NCBI GenBank assembly: GCA_001724245.1
Contig: MEDX01000101.1
Location: forward strand, 1 to 32,191
DNA: 32,191 bases
Reading direction: 5' to 3'
Source: Fonticula-like sp. SCN 57-25
Taxonomy: Eukaryota
A program made the translations under genes and the position numbers. Positions 29,699 through 32,191 of the stretch are shown here, piece after piece. The first letter of the stretch is position 1. Every line of letters begins with the position of its first letter. The notes beneath the pieces are model-generated. The model searched no databases, had not been told where the DNA came from, and saw nothing but the letters and a program-made list of their open reading frames with translations.

Positions 29699-31126
29699 TC
29701 AAAGTTGAAGATCGAGTACCCATTGACGAACAGATTGAAGCACAGGAGAGATGCGCTCGACCACAGTATCATCGTCGGTATGGAAAGGCTGTGCAGAAAA
29801 AGAGTCGAAAAGCGAGGAAGCAACGACAAAGTAAAGGTCCTTGAGGCCCAATTTCTCCACAAGGGTCTCGAGCTGCTTGGCGTTGATTGGGTGATCACGT
29901 GACACTGCGATTTGAAACAGACCTTCAGAGGTGATGGAATCCACCGCAGCCGGATGCTTGTTAAGCGGGTAATAATAGCGGTTTTCCGTCAAGTCAACTT
30001 GACTGACGTCATCAAAGTATCGCGCTTCAAGCTTGGGCAGACGCAGTGGTCTTTCCCTTTCATTATCGTCGCCGAGGTTACGGATGCGCATCTTGCCTCC
30101 GTTGCGCAGCGCCACGTGCGCGAGTCCCTCAAACACATAGCCTCTTATGTCACCTTCACAAAAAGGCCTGGCTCCTGCACTGACGTAGCTCACAAGCTCT
30201 GTGCGCTGGTAACGCAAGATACGTTCGGTTACGAGCATGGCAATGTGAGTAGATGCGTAACGCAAGCTTTTGGTCTGAAACTTGGGGGCGACAACGTGAA
30301 AGTGAAGTAGATGGGAATAATCTTCTTCGTCGGAAATATATCCAATGCTGCTCTGTGCCATTTGAAGACTCGAAGAGCTTATCGCGCCAAGCAATTCCAT
30401 CTCTCGCTGACAGTCATATACCTTATTGACCCTCTGAAGGACCTCGCGAGGGATCCCGCCCCATACACTGAACAATTTAGCAACACGGCTGGCGGGCAGA
30501 CGTTTAAAGAGCGCCGCTCGGCACATCTCCAGTTCTTCCATTGTCCACACGGGCATGAACGCCTTGAACGCATCTTGCACTTTAAGAAACCTCCTGAACA
30601 CGCTCCGGCGCGGCGACGTGACCATCACGACGCGCGCCGCACACTCGTGCGCGCCGTGCGCGTCCACGATAAACCACGTCGCGGGATCTTTTAGGTACTT
30701 TTCAAAGCCTCCTGTACCCGCTGCGCGCACTTGCACGGTCCCGTCTGGTAACAAAAGGTACCGATCGGAAGAGTTGGCGGAAACAAGACAGTCTTGCCTG
30801 GGCGGCTCATAGACAATCGTGGCTTTTTCCTTTGCAAGTCGCCACATCAAATACGCAGCAAAAAAGGTCTTGCCAATACCCGGGTTTCCAGTTACTACCC
30901 ACTTGGACGACCACGGGATGCCCGCCCTTGCAGTGAGCGTGTTGTACGTGCTGTCACTCAACAAATCGAAGAGCTGCGCATAGCAGGATCGCAAAAAAAA
31001 GTTGCTCTTCAGGGGCACGCGACCCAGAACAAAAACACCACGCGGAAGATCAACAAAGGCTCCATTCAACGATGCCTCTTGGCGAACCAGGGTGCCCCAG
31101 AAGGCGCTGATTTTCGCGTGGTCCAT
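29699..31126 (-). CDS. Crinkler/RHS-type P-loop NTPase + restriction-endonuclease-fold effector module, 475 aa from the first in-frame ATG, intronless, no CRN header domain
   Basis: FW..L...LP.GV..LG...R.CY..L, VTGNPGIGKT (Walker A), WFIVD (Walker B), TSP, FMPVWT.EEL..C, WGGIPR.VL, RGYVFEGLAH..L..GG, YYYP.....AVDS....LFQ..VS..HPI, LYFVV...F..F..Q and RQWVL.L match the CR-NTPase+REase C-terminal modules of Crinklers as I recall them. Confidence 0.82.
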   Translation of the reverse strand: MDHAKISAFWGTLVRQEASLNGAFVDLPRGVFVLGRVPLKSNFFLRSCYAQLFDLLSDSTYNTLTARAGIPWSSKWVVTGNPGIGKTFFAAYLMWRLAKEKATIVYEPPRQDCLVSANSSDRYLLLPDGTVQVRAAGTGGFEKYLKDPATWFIVDAHGAHECAARVVMVTSPRRSVFRRFLKVQDAFKAFMPVWTMEELEMCRAALFKRLPASRVAKLFSVWGGIPREVLQRVNKVYDCQREMELLGAISSSSLQMAQSSIGYISDEEDYSHLLHFHVVAPKFQTKSLRYASTHIAMLVTERILRYQRTELVSYVSAGARPFCEGDIRGYVFEGLAHVALRNGGKMRIRNLGDDNERERPLRLPKLEARYFDDVSQVDLTENRYYYPLNKHPAAVDSITSEGLFQIAVSRDHPINAKQLETLVEKLGLKDLYFVVASSLFDSFSAQPFHTDDDTVVERISPVLQSVRQWVLDLQL

Positions 31127-31519
31127 TCCACCGCAAGACACGATTGCGCATGCTGACCTCCGTTGGCAGTTGCCGCCGACATCATGACAATGTCATGTCA
31201 GCATAGAGTTCAATCGTGATGTGATTGGTTCGTTTTGGATGGAATCGCGATGCCAAGTGATCAGTGAAATTCAATCACTTTGCACCATAAGCAGGGCATA
31301 AAGAAAGCACGCAGTGGTCGAGCTGGGCGCCAAGAAATGATATAGGGGTATAATGGTGCTAAATGGTATTATAGAGGCCAGTAACACTGCAACAAAGCCG
31401 AATCGCTACATATTAAATCATCGCATGGCAATTATAAGCAAGAGATCGGCTCAAAGGTCGACTATTAACAACCCTATTGCCCTCGGACATACTTGAAGCT
31501 CTCCCAAGGCTTCCAAATA

Positions 31520-32191
31520 CTAGCTAAAACATAGCTTACTAACAGTAGCCGCGCACCCGCGCTCTGCGCAAAACATTAGAAACGCGTTGATAACTAAAGG
31601 GCAACGTACGGGTGCACGGGTTAGTGACACCTTCCCAGGTTCCGGCAGCAGTGCAGTAGGACGTGGGCGAGCCCTGGTAACCAGCAGCGCAGGTGCCGGT
31701 CGCCGTCGTCAACGAGTTGGTGACGGGAAAGTGGGCAGCTCCAATCGTGGTTGCAGCGCAGCTGATGCCTATCATCAAACATTAGCATGACAGCAAAGCA
31801 TGCTGCGAAAGCGTACGAGTGCACGACGCGGTGGCGGCGCCCCACTCACCAGTGTTGCTGCACGGGCGCGTGGCAGAACCGGAATAGCCCGAAAGGCACG
31901 TGCCAGTGGCGGAAGTGCCTGCGTTGGTCGTCGGGAAGTTGGCATTACCGACCCCGTCCGAAACAGCGGCGCAGGTGATCTCTGCATTGCAAAGTAAGTA
32001 ACTGGCATATGATGCAAAGAAAAACGCACTCGTGCAGGGATTCGACACAGCGCCCCACATCTTGTTGTTGCAGGAAGCAGTCGGGGTGCCTTGGAAGGTG
32101 GTCTGGCAAGTACCAGTGACGGTCGAGCCAGTGCCGGACTTGGGGAAGTTGGCGTTGCCCATCGAAGCAGCTTCGCAGGCAGAGTAGGTGC
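31520..32191 (-). CDS. Partial Cys-rich tandem-repeat protein (about 52-aa HRM/HormR- or sushi-like repeats); phase-1 introns 31982-32029, 31769-31816, 31564-31609; 3' end unresolved
   Basis: Three full repeats C....G.A.FP.T..G...TGTC..GY.G.PT..C...G.W..V.NPC, each ending at a GT-AG phase-1 intron. A fourth repeat starts (QRGCAATV) and breaks off at a GTAAGC donor (31539) or runs to a stop at 31520-31522. Confidence 0.75.

Noticed and set aside
29641-31204. Possible terminal inverted repeats (TGACATG) around the Crinkler ORF
   Set aside because: Only about 7 bp match with no target-site duplication, and TGACA/CATG words are common here.

Overview
Gene-dense, intron-rich eukaryotic genomic DNA, not prokaryotic. 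It is probably from a unicellular opisthokont-like protist, inferred from the Rsp5-type C2-WW3-HECT ligase, SKA2 and the ZGRF1-type DUF2439+helicase fusion. I reconstructed 16 protein genes by hand-splicing; all complete models have spliced lengths divisible by 3 except SCAMP. In order: EVE/THYN1 (5'-partial), prefoldin 6, a FYVE-PH protein, a GLUT-type sugar porter, Rsp5/NEDD4, phosphopantetheine adenylyltransferase, a half-fimbrin/coiled-coil protein, GCIP/CCNDBP1, SCAMP (apparent 1-nt frameshift), a histidine acid phosphatase, ZGRF1, V-ATPase C (with a candidate intronic box C/D snoRNA), SKA2, SRP54, an intronless headerless Crinkler-type NTPase-nuclease, and a partial Cys-rich HRM-like repeat gene that could splice in frame onto it. 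Other notable signals: a GTRCG 5' splice-site consensus (41 of 48 introns have C at +4); microsatellite-inflated long introns whose purine-rich 5' ends are complementary to their pyrimidine-rich 3' ends; a dispersed palindrome family (ARTCTG-CCC-CAGAYT and TGCAAACT/AGTTTGCA); and E2F/CHR/MYB-like motifs upstream of the two cell-cycle genes. All family assignments come from motif recognition, not database searches.
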